A stretch of DNA of 63,575 bases, the filler included, from Sphacelaria rigidula (taxonomy: Eukaryota), in the NCBI GenBank assembly GCA_964200075.2. It is 11 parts of 11 records of this genome, joined end to end, with 100 filler letters (N's around TTAATTAATTAA, not from the genome) between each part and the next. Parts side by side here need not be neighbours in the genome. Positions count along the whole stretch, not along the records: positions 17,370 to 23,058 come from CAXNAA020025231.1; positions 23,159 to 28,847 come from CAXNAA020025232.1; positions 28,948 to 34,635 come from CAXNAA020025233.1; positions 34,736 to 40,423 come from CAXNAA020025234.1; 7 more parts are not named here. The stretch is one strand, 5' to 3'. A model generated the notes under the pieces. That model searched no databases, was not told the DNA's origin, and was given only the letters and a program-made list of their open reading frames with translations. Shown here one piece after another: positions 22,910 through 35,136 of this stretch (position 1 is its first letter; every line of letters starts with the position of its first letter). Position numbers and translations under genes: made by a program.

Positions 22910-23058
22910 GGCACCCGGGTGGTGTAACCGATACGTCTAAGAACCGGAAAGGGTTGAGTTGGAGGCTCGAATCCCAGAAGATGCAGAGTCATGGTACGAT
23001 AGACGGGAGGGTGTACTTTGGGCCATGAACCCGGCGTGCTCCGTCCCGGCTTTGTAGG
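22910..23058 (+). mobile_element. tRNA-derived SINE (family B) with LINE-derived poly(C) tail, truncated by contig end
   Basis: Head GGCACCCGGGTGGTGTAACCGATAC...GGCTCGAATCCC is A/B-box-like. It continues into AACCCGGCGTGCTCCGTCCCGGCTTTGTAGG, which overlaps the tails at 46113-46211 and 17205-17269 (minus). The same tail recurs at 5646-5690 (minus) and 57063-57108. Confidence 0.7.
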
Positions 23059-23767
23059 NNNNNNNNNNNNNNNNNNNNNNNNNNNNNNNNNNNNNNNNNN
23101 NNTTAATTAATTAANNNNNNNNNNNNNNNNNNNNNNNNNNNNNNNNNNNNNNNNNNNNTGCTTTATTCTGTGGTATCGCCACTTCCAGAGACAGCCATGG
23201 CTTTTACACTGCCTCATGGGTGTCTAACCGGAGCCGTGGGGGGGGGGGGTGCTGTACTACAGGATGGGGTGTTCTTAGGTCAAGATTAAATATTTTGTAG
23301 CACTTGTACAGTAGGTGCACGGCGAACGGGGTCGACCCTCCAATTGCGACTATGTCAAGTTGTGCACATGTATATACAGTATATATGCTGCGGATTTTTC
23401 GTGACTACAACTTGATCGTGTCATTATCCAACGCTTCTGCAGCCAAGATTCCTAATTCCTCCCAGTAATAGAGTCATGCCACATCTCGGTACAGTATCAC
23501 CGGTCAGCAGTACCGCGGGTACCGTGGGTATTGGGGGCGTGACTGTGTTTTTTCACTTTAATATGACGGGGGGAGCGGGGGAAGAGGTGCGGGGGAAAAG
23601 GAAGCGGAGTTAGATCATATTGAGAGTCATACTGAATGAATGCACTGGCAAAAAAAAAGAGGAAAAAACGTCGCGACAATCAAAAATACTCTCGACGTCT
23701 ACTTCGTCAAGTGGTCAATCGTGGCGAGGCTTTCGCGCCGTCTCTCGGCCAAAGGTTCAACTGACTC

Positions 23768-23815
23768 AACATAACATAACGTAACATAACATAACATAAC
23801 TTGACTTAACGTAAC
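23768..23815. repeat. (AACAT)n microsatellite
   Basis: AACATAACATAACGTAACATAACATAACATAAC. Confidence 0.85.
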
Positions 23816-24469
23816 CCCTGTCAATTGCTCAGGTCGCCGATTGGATGTTAGTTGATGGGCTTCTTCGATGTGTGCGTGTGTGAGGGGGCGGGTAAGGGGG
23901 CAAGCTCAGGTCAGTTTTTTGGGTGGAGAGACGATGCGCACGTAGGACTGGGAAGGCAGTTGTACGCAGGCACTCGCACATGACGCTTGTCACACTTCTG
24001 CATTGTGCCTGGAACCAGCAATACATTGGCCTTGGCGCATATACCACCGCGACCGTGATCACGCCACCAACAGCGCATGTAGTGATACACGTACTGAGAT
24101 ACAAACCGTCGCCTGTGGGCGCGCCTTCGTGCCGTGTGTGGCTTTGCACGCAGTGGTGAGCGCTCATACGAGAGTCGCGCAATATTTAGCCGTTATGTCA
24201 TCACGTGGCAGCCTCGCTACAAAATATGCAGTTCGCTGAAAACGCAATCTTCCGTGAACTACTCGACGTCCACCTGGTTTCATTTATGTTTGCACAATGT
24301 GTGGTTTGCGTGACCTGTGGAGCACCCAAACATTCGGACCAGTTGGCATAGGCGCTCAGAAGGATGTGACTATTTTGACTGAAAAAAACCCTGAGAACGA
24401 TTGTTGATAAATTCTTAGGAATCGGGGGCACACTCGCTGTGACATGACATGCCCACACTCATCATCATC

Positions 24470-27400
24470 GGGGGGGGGATATCTGAGCACAAGTAATGCG
24501 GTCAGTTCGCGATAACACCTGAATACATACAGTCTAGGCAGTGGGTCATGTCGACGGTGCCAACGTCCACGCTGAATCCTGCAGCATCGGAGTTCTACCC
24601 TAGAATGGGAACCACACTGAAGCCCACAGCTGTAGCGTTTTACCCGGCGTTGAGACACTGTCACAGAAAGCACGTTGATGGAGATGAGGCACGTGTGAGT
24701 AAGTATCAGACTCGGCGGACTGGAGACAGCGGCCGATGCGGGATGTGAAGGCTGCACCCGGAGACCAACAAGCAAAGCGAGTACCGTGATAAACGTGCCG
24801 AAGAAAAGTCGGGACAGAAACAACAGCTCGCCCGTGAAATCAGAAGGCGCAACAGACCAAAAAGGAGAGCCGAACAAAGAGAAAGACGCGTGAATATAGA
24901 GAAGGCTAAAGCTAGGACACGTAGTGGGGAGCTCAAAGTGGCTACCTGTAACGTCCGTACACTGTCCCTCACGGGAAAGAACGGAGCTGGCCATGCTGAG
25001 GTGGTCCTGAAAAAATGTCAGGCAGTCGGATGTGATGTCATCGGGCTACGGGAAACGAGGAGACCAGGTCGATCCGAATTTTGTGCGGCGGGATACCGCG
25101 TCTTTTGTTGCAGGGCAGAGGGGGGCAAGAGAAGGGCTGGTCAACATGGGGTTGGGTTGGCAGTCAAGGAGTCGACCATCAGCAGGGCGAGGTGGACTCA
25201 GGCACTCATCAGCGAACGCCTCACGTTGATGACTGTCAACCTAGCGGGTAAATCAAATGCTGCCACGTTTGTCGTTGCATACGCCCCGACAGACACTGCA
25301 CAGTCAAGAGAAGGGAGAGATCTGCTCTGGACTGAGTTAGACGGCATTGTGAACTGTATCCCCTACAAACATCACCCGTTTATTTTAATGGACGCTAACG
25401 CGAGGAATGGACGGCGAGCAGGCGAGAAGGAACGTTAAATTGTAGGAGCATACGGTCGAGATTCCCGATCCAACGACGGTAACGGCAATTCTCTGGTACA
25501 ATTTGCAGACAACAACAGGCTTTCCCTGGTCAACACGTTCTTTTCCACCCCCAAAGGAAACACCTCACGTACGTTCAACGTTGTTGCAAATCGCCCCGCG
25601 GACAAAAAACTCATTGATTACATCATCAGACGGCAAGATCACCGCACGCTCGTTCGCAATGTCACCGTCCACCTTCAACCCCCCAACTCGCCGGACTCTG
25701 ACCACAACATCGTGTGCGCCTCAGTGCGGCTTCTTGGTCACTTCGCGGACAACAGACCTAGACGAATCCCAACTGGGCGTACACCGATCGACAGACGGGC
25801 AATAGTATCTGACCCCGTCAGACGTGAGCAGCTCACCCAGCTCATCATCAGCGAGCTTGCACAGAGTATACCTGGTGATGCAGTTAGTTCACTGGCTACG
25901 AACTTTGCCGACGTACTCTGGAGTGCCGCTGAAAAGGTGGTACCGCGTCTGACCCGAAAGCCACGTATACCGGGTTGGTTCGAGGATGCTGAAATCAAAA
26001 CGGAATTCGAACTCGCTTGGATGGAGAGAGAAAGGGCGAGATCAACTGTGAGACTGGGGTCATCTCGAGATAAAGTCGCATGGCGCACATTGCGAACAGC
26101 ATGCAAAAATATCAAAAAGATGATCCAAGTTGGGTTGACAAATATATGGATGTGTGTGCTAGAGAACTAGAGGAGCATACTCGAGCGGGGGACATGAGAG
26201 TGTGGTACAGACATCTCAACGGAGGGTGGAGACTGTCTGGACGACCAATCGAGAGTGAACAGTATATTCGAGATGAAGACGGCAATTTACTGCGGGACAG
26301 AGGTTTGATCAGTGCGAGATGGGAACGGTACTTTTCTACATTGAAAAACGCCATATCGGCAACTATCGACCGCACCATCATCGAGAAGATTGCTCAACGG
26401 CCTATAGCGTTGTCACTAGGAGACCCACCAAGCCCAAGTGAAACTATGGAGGCTCTGAGAGCAATGTCGAACGGCAAAGCAACCGGTCCGGATGGTATTC
26501 CTGCTGAAATTTTGTACCACTTCCACGACCTCGTCTCTGCGGTTTGGACATCTGGCGAGGTGCCGCAAGAATGGAAAGATGTCACCATCAAAGTTCTACA
26601 CAAAAAGCTAGACAGGGCCCAGTGTAGTAACTACAGAGGCATTTCACTTGTGGCACATACTGCTAAAGTTCTCCTCAAAATCGTAGCCAACAGGCTCGGT
26701 GATTTTTGTGAGGAAACAGATGTCTTCCCGAAAGAGCAGTGTGGATTTAGGCGCCAAAGATCGACCATAGACATGATGTTCGTAGTACGCCAGGAGTTGG
26801 GGCGGACGAGCAACATCCCAATAAACATGTGCTTCATTGATCTGCAGAAAGCCTACGATTCTGTAGACCGTACGCTCCTGTGGGAAGTGCTTGCTCGCTT
26901 CGGAGTCCCGTCGCGAATGATCGCGATCATCCGTATGTTTCACGACGGCATGCGAGCTCGAGTACAGCTAAATAGTGGCGAACTATCAGCGTGGTTCGAC
27001 GTCTGCCAGGGACTCAGACAAGGTTGCGTTTCGTCTCCGCTGCTGTTCAACATCTTCGGAGCAGGCTTGGTGAAAGGGATCGTCCAGCGGTTTGCGGCGG
27101 GCCCACTCATCGTCTCAGACTTGGTCTTTTTATATGATGCGCCATAAGGTGTCGGTGTTGAACCCGTGGAGACACCACTGGAAACGGTGCGACGCGCGGT
27201 GTGGGCAATGCTTTGTGCGGACGACGCCGGCATAGCCTCGAAGACCTCAATGGGGCCTTGCTCGAATGATGGCCGTGATAGTGATGACCTGCCAGGAATT
27301 CGGCCTGATGGTCTCCGAGAACAAGACAGAGTCCATGCGCCTTTGGTCAGTACCCAGTCCCACGGAGGCCACCCTGTTTATCAGAGCTGCCGGTCAACCG

Positions 27401-28577
27401 TATAAACAGACGGGGAAGTCCATCGAAATCAATCGCCGTATCAGCGCGGCGTGGGCGCGTATCCGAAAATATAGCTTCCAACTCTACGACCGACCCAACG
27501 CCGAGCTATCCTTGAAAGTTCGACTGCTTAAAGCGGAGGTGGTGGAAGCTCTGTTGTACGGGTGTGCCACATGGACGCTACGTTCTGAGGGCTTCGACAG
27601 TCTACGCACTGCCCATCACAAGCTCTTGCTGCGAGTGGTTGGATCCCGCAGGAACGATCGAAATGGCTACAAGGCTCTTTTGTACAGAGCGGTGCTCGAG
27701 ATGACCAACTGCGAACGTATCAAGACGACTATCCGCAAACGTCAACTCTGCTTCGCGGGAGCCCTTGTCCGGCAGAAGGACACACGCCTTCCCAAGCGCA
27801 TCATGAACGGTCGGCTTTTCACACGAGGACCCAAGGAGGTCGGCCGCCCCCCAAGCAATGGGAGGATACCCCAAAGGAGAACCTACGTGCGCTAGGGGCT
27901 GTCCCGCACAAAGGAGCCCGACAAAAGTGGTTCGTCTACGGTGTAGAGGTTAACGATGCATACGATTGGGTCACTGCGGCGAAGGACCTGGGCAAATGGC
28001 ATATTGGAGCCGAAAAGGGAGCGGAAGAATTTGAGGACACGTGGCGACGCGCGGACAAGCGAGAATCAGACCGCCGTCACAAGCGAGAGGCTGCTGCGTC
28101 GAGGGCTGCCAATCGGAGAATCCTGTCTTCTCATATCGGTTGTTGATTATGTCCTTAGTCGGTGGCTCTGCGGTGCCCACTGGTGTGTGTCTGTATCTAC
28201 TCTGATGCCCTGAATCCCTTGTTTTTTTCCTTTTATTTCCTTTTATTGCCTCTTTTTTTTTCTCTTTATTCCCCATTGTTTTTTTGTATTTTATTTTATT
28301 TGCTCTGTACTTTCCTCTTTTTTTCCCCCTTTTTTCTTGTTTTAGGTCGGCCACCTCTTTCTCTGCTTTGCTTGTGTTGACTTTTTTATAACCATTGTTT
28401 TTGTTACGACTTAGTCTGCTATGTCGTTCTGTTCGACCCCCCTTTTTTTCTGTTCCTTCTTTTTCTCAGGGCGTGTTTCAGTTTCGTTTTCCTTGGGGAC
28501 GTCTATCATGACACCACGGCTGGGCCCCAGGGAGGTCAGTTGAAGTGCGACAATCAAATCAAATCAAAATCAAATCA
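24470..28577 (+). mobile_element. Near full-length, inactivated RTE-clade LINE (APE endonuclease + reverse transcriptase)
   Basis: APE motifs: LKVATCNVRTL, IGLRETR, VVAYAPT, MDANAR, NTFF, IDYII, SDHN (24930-25710). RT motifs: [44 protein letters not shown] (26470-27230). RTE-type C-terminus LLYGCATW...RLPKRIM..GRP. Single ORF broken by stops (25436, 27145) and frameshifts. T-rich 3'UTR and (AATCA)n tail at 28552-28577. The 5' boundary is approximate. Confidence 0.95.
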
Positions 28578-29504
28578 CTTGCGAGCCAAGTCGAGGGTCC
28601 ATTCTCATTGTCTCCGCGTTTCATCAACTGCATGCATTGCGAGTGCTGTGCGTTCGCTACAGCTAATGCTGCAATGTGCACAACCAACATACGCCCCCCG
28701 GCTTGTTTGTGCAGTCCTGGTAGTTTCGGGGCAATGCTGGCAACACCTCAAGCATGTTCTAACCGTTCCAAGGGTCGGACAAATAATGATTCGCCTCGAA
28801 ATTACTTGGTTTTAGTATTATGAGCTGATTCGTGACGAATCAATCCCNNNNNNNNNNNNNNNNNNNNNNNNNNNNNNNNNNNNNNNNNNNNTTAATTAAT
28901 TAANNNNNNNNNNNNNNNNNNNNNNNNNNNNNNNNNNNNNNNNNNNNGCGAAACACTAGCGCCCGAGCGACCCCCTCTTCCCACCCAAATGTCCGCAGCA
29001 GTTGAGCAGTTGTGGCTAGGTGCACCTAACGAATGTGGTGTACACGCGTGCCCATGACGATATCACCAGAAATAGAAGCAACGACAGAGAGGAAGCTACT
29101 CGCCCGTGTCCTTTCTGTGTCCCCGCTCGGCCATTACCAAAGTCTCGAGAGACTGGCATCATCGATCTTACCAGCATGTGCCGAATTTTCCATGTCCCGA
29201 AAGACCGAGCTGCGGAGAGATTCCGTCGTCTCTTCTCGCCTGTCGCCAACGCGAAGATCGATTTCTCTGTGCCTCTCATTTTGGACAGGGCGCGCCTCTG
29301 TGCGCTGAAAAACATGTCGTTGAAAAATAAGGGCAATGCTTCCGTCACCGCTACTACTGTTCTCCGTCACACACATGCCAGCAAGGGCGGTGCTGCGGCA
29401 ATGACAGATATATCCAATTTGAACTCAGGGGGTGTTATTCATCGTTGATTTTCGCCGACCTCCCCCTACCTGGGTGGCCGAGCAGAAGGGCTAATCGACC
29501 GCTC

Positions 29505-29938
29505 TGATGAGGGATAAACGTTCACACACCTCAAGTGGGTGAACAGCAGTCAACACCTTGGCTCAGGCAAATAGTGATAGTTATATATGGTTCCAGAACA
29601 CGTTCGTATTATCTCTCCTCACCCTGTTCTCTCTTCCAGACTCCGATCACCTCCAATCACACCATAACACACGCTCCATATCCTTCACTCAATACCACAC
29701 ACGCACAGACTTACCACATACACTCATGTTAACCACCAGAGCAAGGCAGGCAGTTGGCACCCGAACCAAGATGGACCAAGATGGAAGGTGGGCGATGGGC
29801 AAACCAGCTGCTCGTGCTGCACACGTGACTGTACTCGCATAACCTACGTCATTAGACATCATTCCTCTGATTGGTTACCAAATCCTCCGCAATTGCAACA
29901 TGGTGCATGTTATTTGTACCGCACTGTATCCTACATCA
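29505..29938. repeat. LTR (434 bp)
   Basis: TG...CA ends with terminal inverted repeat TGATGAGGGATA / TATCCTACATCA (10/12 match). Repeated from 34239. Confidence 0.85.
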
Positions 29939-31056
29939 ACGTTGTTCATGGCAGAGCGTGAGCACAGTCAAGTAGCCTCCCTGTTCACGGCTCAGCCATG
30001 ACTGGAAAACCTATACCGTTGAAAACCGGAATGGAAAAATAATAACCCGGCACAAAAACGAAAATATCTCAAACCGTACTCAAAATCAAAACTCCACAAA
30101 TATTTAATATAAAAATCATGAGTTACCCAGAAAATAGTACCAATATTTTATGCCCCCCCAAAACCTATGTCACTTGTCTCGAGTCATGCTCAAAATCCAA
30201 AGATATAAAATATAAAAACTAAATTTACCCAGAAAAATAGTGCCTCAAATATTTTTTGCCTCCCCCCCCCTGGACCCATATCACACTCCCCTTCGCGGTA
30301 ATCTATTCCATGCAAAAAGTGTTCACATCATTCAATACCCCCGCCCCCCTTGCTGTCGTGGCCATAGCGCTTTTTTCAATATTTTTTTCACTCTTTCCAC
30401 AAATCGAACGCAGACGAAGAAATCAATCAATCTACGGTGGCATCTCGGTGACACTAGAAACTGAGGTTTATCCGATCAAACTCGAACGGAACTACGAGTG
30501 AACATACGATACAGTTCAAAAGGGTCTGGCCGAGTATTACACGTAAAATGAAAGTTTCGAGCCTGAATGTTTGAACATTCTAGACCCATGCCAGTTTTTT
30601 ACGCAAAATGATCCTCAGCTAATCCTAAAATGCCCAGTGAAGCATGCCACTCATCAACTACTGCAAGTCTGATGACTTATCAAATAAATCACCACTGCCA
30701 TACAGTAGTCGCATAAGTGCATCCTCGCATAACCGGTAGGTGTCAAACCTCGAACAAAATTCATGCAAAGTATAAACCTACTGATGAGCTGGAGAAGTCA
30801 ACATCTATCTCCAACCTCTGCGTTCCTCCTCCGGTCAAAAGTATCGAATCGATCTTCGCGCTCCATCCCAATCGATATGCCTCTCCGTATATCCATGCCA
30901 TTTTCGTGCCCCCCAGCTTCCTTGCTTGTCCGTACTCAACCACATGGGAGTCCCCACGCGCCCCTCTCCTCAATATGACCGACACTGCGCCATGCTTGAA
31001 AAGATTTTCGCCGACAGAGTCGGTGGTAGCGGCAGCGGCAGCGGCAGCGGTTGTCG

Positions 31057-32283
31057 TTAACTTGTTGGCGATGTTGTTGGCAGAAGAGGTGGTAGTGGCG
31101 GCGACCGCGGTGTTGGCGATGATAAAGGGACTGGGAGTGAAGATTGTTGTCGCGTGTGGTGCAACCGCGGGACTATTGGAGCGGGAATCAACCGCGAAAC
31201 TGTAGGAGCAGGAGTAGGTGGTAGCGGTGGTGATGCGTCAACGAGAAAGGGTGACGATAATGTCGGTATATCGGCGGCGATGGCGACGCGATCAATGTTG
31301 CTTCCCCCCTCCCCGCCGTCGAGCGACGCCGCTGTGTGAAATTGCTGATGAGTCACCGTCGACGCGACGCTGTTGGCGATGTTCACTTGACGCTGTGGTT
31401 GGCCGTCCGCGGGTGCTCGTTGGTTGGGTGCCAGTGCCACGTGCCTTCTCTCCCCGTTACTCAAATTCCCAACACTTGAAAACCGAGTACCAGAATATTC
31501 GCGGAAATTTCGGTCGACACTCACGGCCCGGGTGAGACAAGCGGAATTCGGGGGGATCTTACTGACACTAGCCCGTTGAGGAGCAGAATCAAAACCTGGG
31601 GGAATCTCACTGACACCAGCTCGCTGTGGGATAAAAGCGAAATCTGGGGGGATCTTACGGACACTATCTCGTTGGGGAGCAGAACCAAAACCCGAGGGAA
31701 TCTTACTAACATTAGCTTGTTGTGGGATGAATGGAGTGTCTCCCTCAGTGGCGGCAACAGGAGTGGCTACTAGAAGCTGTCCGTAGGTCGATGGCAGGTG
31801 CGTGGCATATTGTGATGATGTACGGTCGTTGTAGTCGAACCGTAGTCTGCCGTCGAATAGATGCACGCCTACTTTATCGCAGATGATTTGTTGGCTCTTT
31901 TGAGTCCTGTGGATAGAGAATAGCTTGAACTGAATTCCCTCCAAAACATACACATCCGTCAGCAGTACACACACTGCATCATCATGGGGGGAGTTGTTCG
32001 CACGTGCTTGATGAAATTTCAACTTGAGATTCCCTACAGCCTGAACCGGTAGTATTCTACCATCCCCGAGAATAACATTCTGTTCCCCCACTGGTGGAGG
32101 ACGGGTATCGAAAACGTCGGTCATGTTGCCTGTAATGTGGTGCGTTGTACCTGAGTCTGCAAGCCATACTTCTGAATCAGAAAGGGGCGGAGATTTCATC
32201 TGATGCAACATCCTATCCTTCACATCGAAATTACCCAAGCTAAAGACTGACTTCTCTGGTACGGCAGAAAGTGCCATGTACAC
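31057..32283 (-). pseudogene. Copia-type aspartic protease followed by low-complexity tail with four 16-aa repeats
   Basis: VWLADSGTTHHITG...VILGDG..LPVQAVGNL...LTDVYVLEGIQFKLFSI is a Copia protease signature. Repeats PQRAxVSxIPPGFDSA have a 48-bp period at ~31540-31730. Confidence 0.85.
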
Positions 32284-33237
32284 ATTACCAGGGTTACCAG
32301 TAAGCGGCAGATCGGCAGTTGAGGTGTGGTGGGGGTTTATCGGATGGGAAGATTGGTCGGATGGCTCGTGGTAAAGTGACTAGTATGGTGTTGGTGATGC
32401 AGCGGAGGAAGGATCCTGGGGGGAGTGGTCTGGCGGTGGAAGTTATGATGGGTGATAGGTCTGTGGTGCGGTTGCCGAGGAATGGTATTGGGATTGGTTT
32501 TGTTCTGAAGACTGTGGTGGGTGGTGATTGTACGATGGAGGTGATTTGTAGTGGGGGAGATATTCCGAGTTGGTGGTAGGCTGCGACTGCAGTTGATGTT
32601 GGGAGGTATGGTATTGTACTGTGTGGGCGTAACCGGCATCGTTGAAAGTATCGTCCTCATAGACAAAGTTTTCAACGCTCTCATGGTGCTGAGGCGGGAT
32701 TAGTCTGCTGATCGGTGTCGGCTTGTGGTGGATGTTTGTGGATTTGGTGTTGTGGATGCGAGTAATGGGATTGTGGTGGTGTATGGTTGGTTGTGTGATT
32801 GGACTGTTGCTGGTGGTGGGTTGGTTGATGTCGCTGGGGAATTGGGGATTGCTGGACATTGGGGTGCTGCGTGTGGTGATGACGAGGAAGGCAGTTGGGA
32901 CAATTCAAAGAGCAACGAATTTGGTAGGTTCTTTGACTTGGTTGGTGAACCCTACCGCGGCCTGGTCCCGAATGACTCCATGGACTGTTTGGTCGCCATG
33001 GCTGTTGTCTCGGGGAATACCACCCCCTCGATCACCATGACCACTGCTGATGTATTGCTGTGAATCATGGTTGGTGTGGGAATTGGGTTGATGTGTGTTC
33101 GGAGGGATGTGGTGGTGGTTGTGTTGGTTTCGCGGATTGTGGGATCTCCGGTTTCCCCCGTTCTGTCATCTGCCAGGTGATCCACGGCCCCTTCCACTTG
33201 TACTTGAAGCGGAAAGCACATGGTTCAAGGTTGTGTT

Positions 33238-34026
33238 TTACCTTTCTTTCAATAACTGCGCTTCTGCATCCGCATTTCCTAGCTGGCGGGTTATCTCATC
33301 TATGCTTATCTCCCGTAGTGCTAGTATATTCCTACGCTCGTGCTCGTACTCTGATGAAAGGCATCGAACAATGTGCCTGGTCGCTTCACAGTCCGAGAGA
33401 ATTACATCGAATTCTTCACGCTTCGTACGAATAGACTGGGCCCGCGAGAGAAAGTTCATTGGCAATTCACCGTCGGCCATCTGCAACGTTTGCCCGTCGT
33501 GTTCCAACTTGGCTTTTTCTGTGGCTCCTGGCATCCTGTTGTACTGCACGATATAATTCCAAGCCTGACTTGGGCTCGCAAGCATATCGATATGTCTTAC
33601 CAAGGGGGGAAAGGTCACTTTATCGAGTATTATTATCCCCATAGCCCTTTTGGCTTTGTCGACTGCTTCGTTTCCAAAACTTGCCCACAAGTGCTCCTCA
33701 TTCTCACGGTGTACCCTGATGGGGTTTTCAACTAGCAAAGCGTCATAGCAGTTTTCATCCTTGAAAAAGGCACACATCTGGATGTTGAATACCTCGAACC
33801 TATCCCTGACATTGGTAGATGTGGCAGCTTTTTCATCCCACGGTAGGATGCTTTTGTTGCTGCGAATGCGATGGGAATTGGGGGTGTGAGGGGTGTGGAA
33901 CGGTGCTTGCTGTGCTGTACTAGCATGCATCGCCGGTGTGTTGTTCATTATATGTTGCATGCTGTTTAACTGTTCAGTCAAAAATCTTACTTGCTCTTCC
34001 ATTGTGGGGTGTTGGTTCTCTTCCAT
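33238..34026 (-). pseudogene. Copia-type gag (UBN2/Retrotran_gag_2-like), prematurely terminated
   Basis: 262-aa ORF with SPSQAWNYI...LQMADGELPMNFLSRAQSIR...IVRCLSSEYE. The reading continues past TAA and TGA stops and a frameshift into a His/Gln/Pro-rich linker towards the protease. Confidence 0.85.
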
Positions 34027-34238
34027 TTTAAAACCTAGTCAAATTATCAGCCTTGCTCAACCTGTACTCAAACCTAAAAACCTTCACACCTTTCTCTCAA
34101 ATAATCATCGACTTAAACTCTCTCACTTCGACTCAAACTCGCTCACTTCGACTCAAACTCTGCTCTTGCTCAAACTCTCTCCAATCTCAAACCCTTCTGC
34201 ACCGGCGGTAACTCTTCCGCTAGCGTAATCGGCCGCTC

Positions 34239-34635
34239 TGATGAGGGATAAACGTTCACACACCTTAAATGGGTGAACAGCAGTCAACACCTTGGCTCAG
34301 GCAAATAGTGATAGTTATATATGGTTCCAGAACACGTTCGTATTATCTCTCCTCACCCTGTTCTCTCTTCTAGACTCCAATCACCTCCAATCACACCATA
34401 ACACACGCTACATATCCTTCACTCAATACCACACACTCACAGACTTACCACATACACTCATGTTAACCACCAGAGCAAGGCAGGCAGTTGGCACCCGAAC
34501 CAAGAACGAAGATGGACCAAGATGGAAGGTGGGCGATGGGCAAACCAGCTGCTCGTGCTGCACACGTGACTGTACTCGCATAACCTACGTCATTAGACAT
34601 CATTCCTCTGATTGGTTACCAAATCCTCCGCAATT
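34239..34635. repeat. LTR, second copy (truncated by contig end)
   Basis: Near-identical to 29505-29895. Confidence 0.9.
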
Positions 34636-35085
34636 NNNNNNNNNNNNNNNNNNNNNNNNNNNNNNNNNNNNNNNNNNNNTTAATTAATTAANNNNNNNNN
34701 NNNNNNNNNNNNNNNNNNNNNNNNNNNNNNNNNNNCGGGTTCTCATCCTCAATCAAAAGCACCATCCTCAACATAGATGATTGGCTGTTTTCAACCCCAT
34801 ATTTTGTATGAACCCCCAAATTTAATATCGGCTGTTATATGGAAAATCAAGAACTCGATTGACTTCGATTTGCACCTGTCTCCCGCAGGATATCACCGGT
34901 TTCACGCATCTGAATCATCACAGCAGCATCGTTTCCCTAGGCAACACCAATGCAGACTAGACTGGACTAGACTAGAGGTGAGTATTGCTCAATCTCATCG
35001 CTTGAGTTGTCCTCAGCAAATGCCAGAGACGCCTCCTTGTACGACACCTTCGTTACTTCCTGCATTGAAGTTTTTTGCTGGGTAA

Positions 35086-35089
<4 letters not shown>

Positions 35090-35128
<39 letters not shown>

Positions 35129-35136
35129 GAGAGAGA
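35090..35136. repeat. (GA)n microsatellite
   Basis: Long AG dinucleotide run. Confidence 0.9.

Larger units (their letters stand above)
29505..34635 (-). mobile_element. Non-autonomous Copia-type LTR retrotransposon (gag + protease only)
   Basis: Highly similar direct repeats at 29505-29938 and 34239->34635 (truncated by contig end). The 4.3-kb interior encodes gag and protease on the minus strand, with no integrase, RT or RNase H motifs. Confidence 0.9.

Noticed and set aside
29020..29448. 142-aa ORF and overlapping antisense ORFs beside the LTR
   Set aside because: No recognisable motif or splice support, and the coding strand cannot be assigned.
29504..29560. CTGATGA at the LTR start as a hammerhead ribozyme core
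   Set aside because: No stem II followed by GAAA and no stem I/III pairing could be built. TGATG is explained as the LTR terminal inverted repeat.
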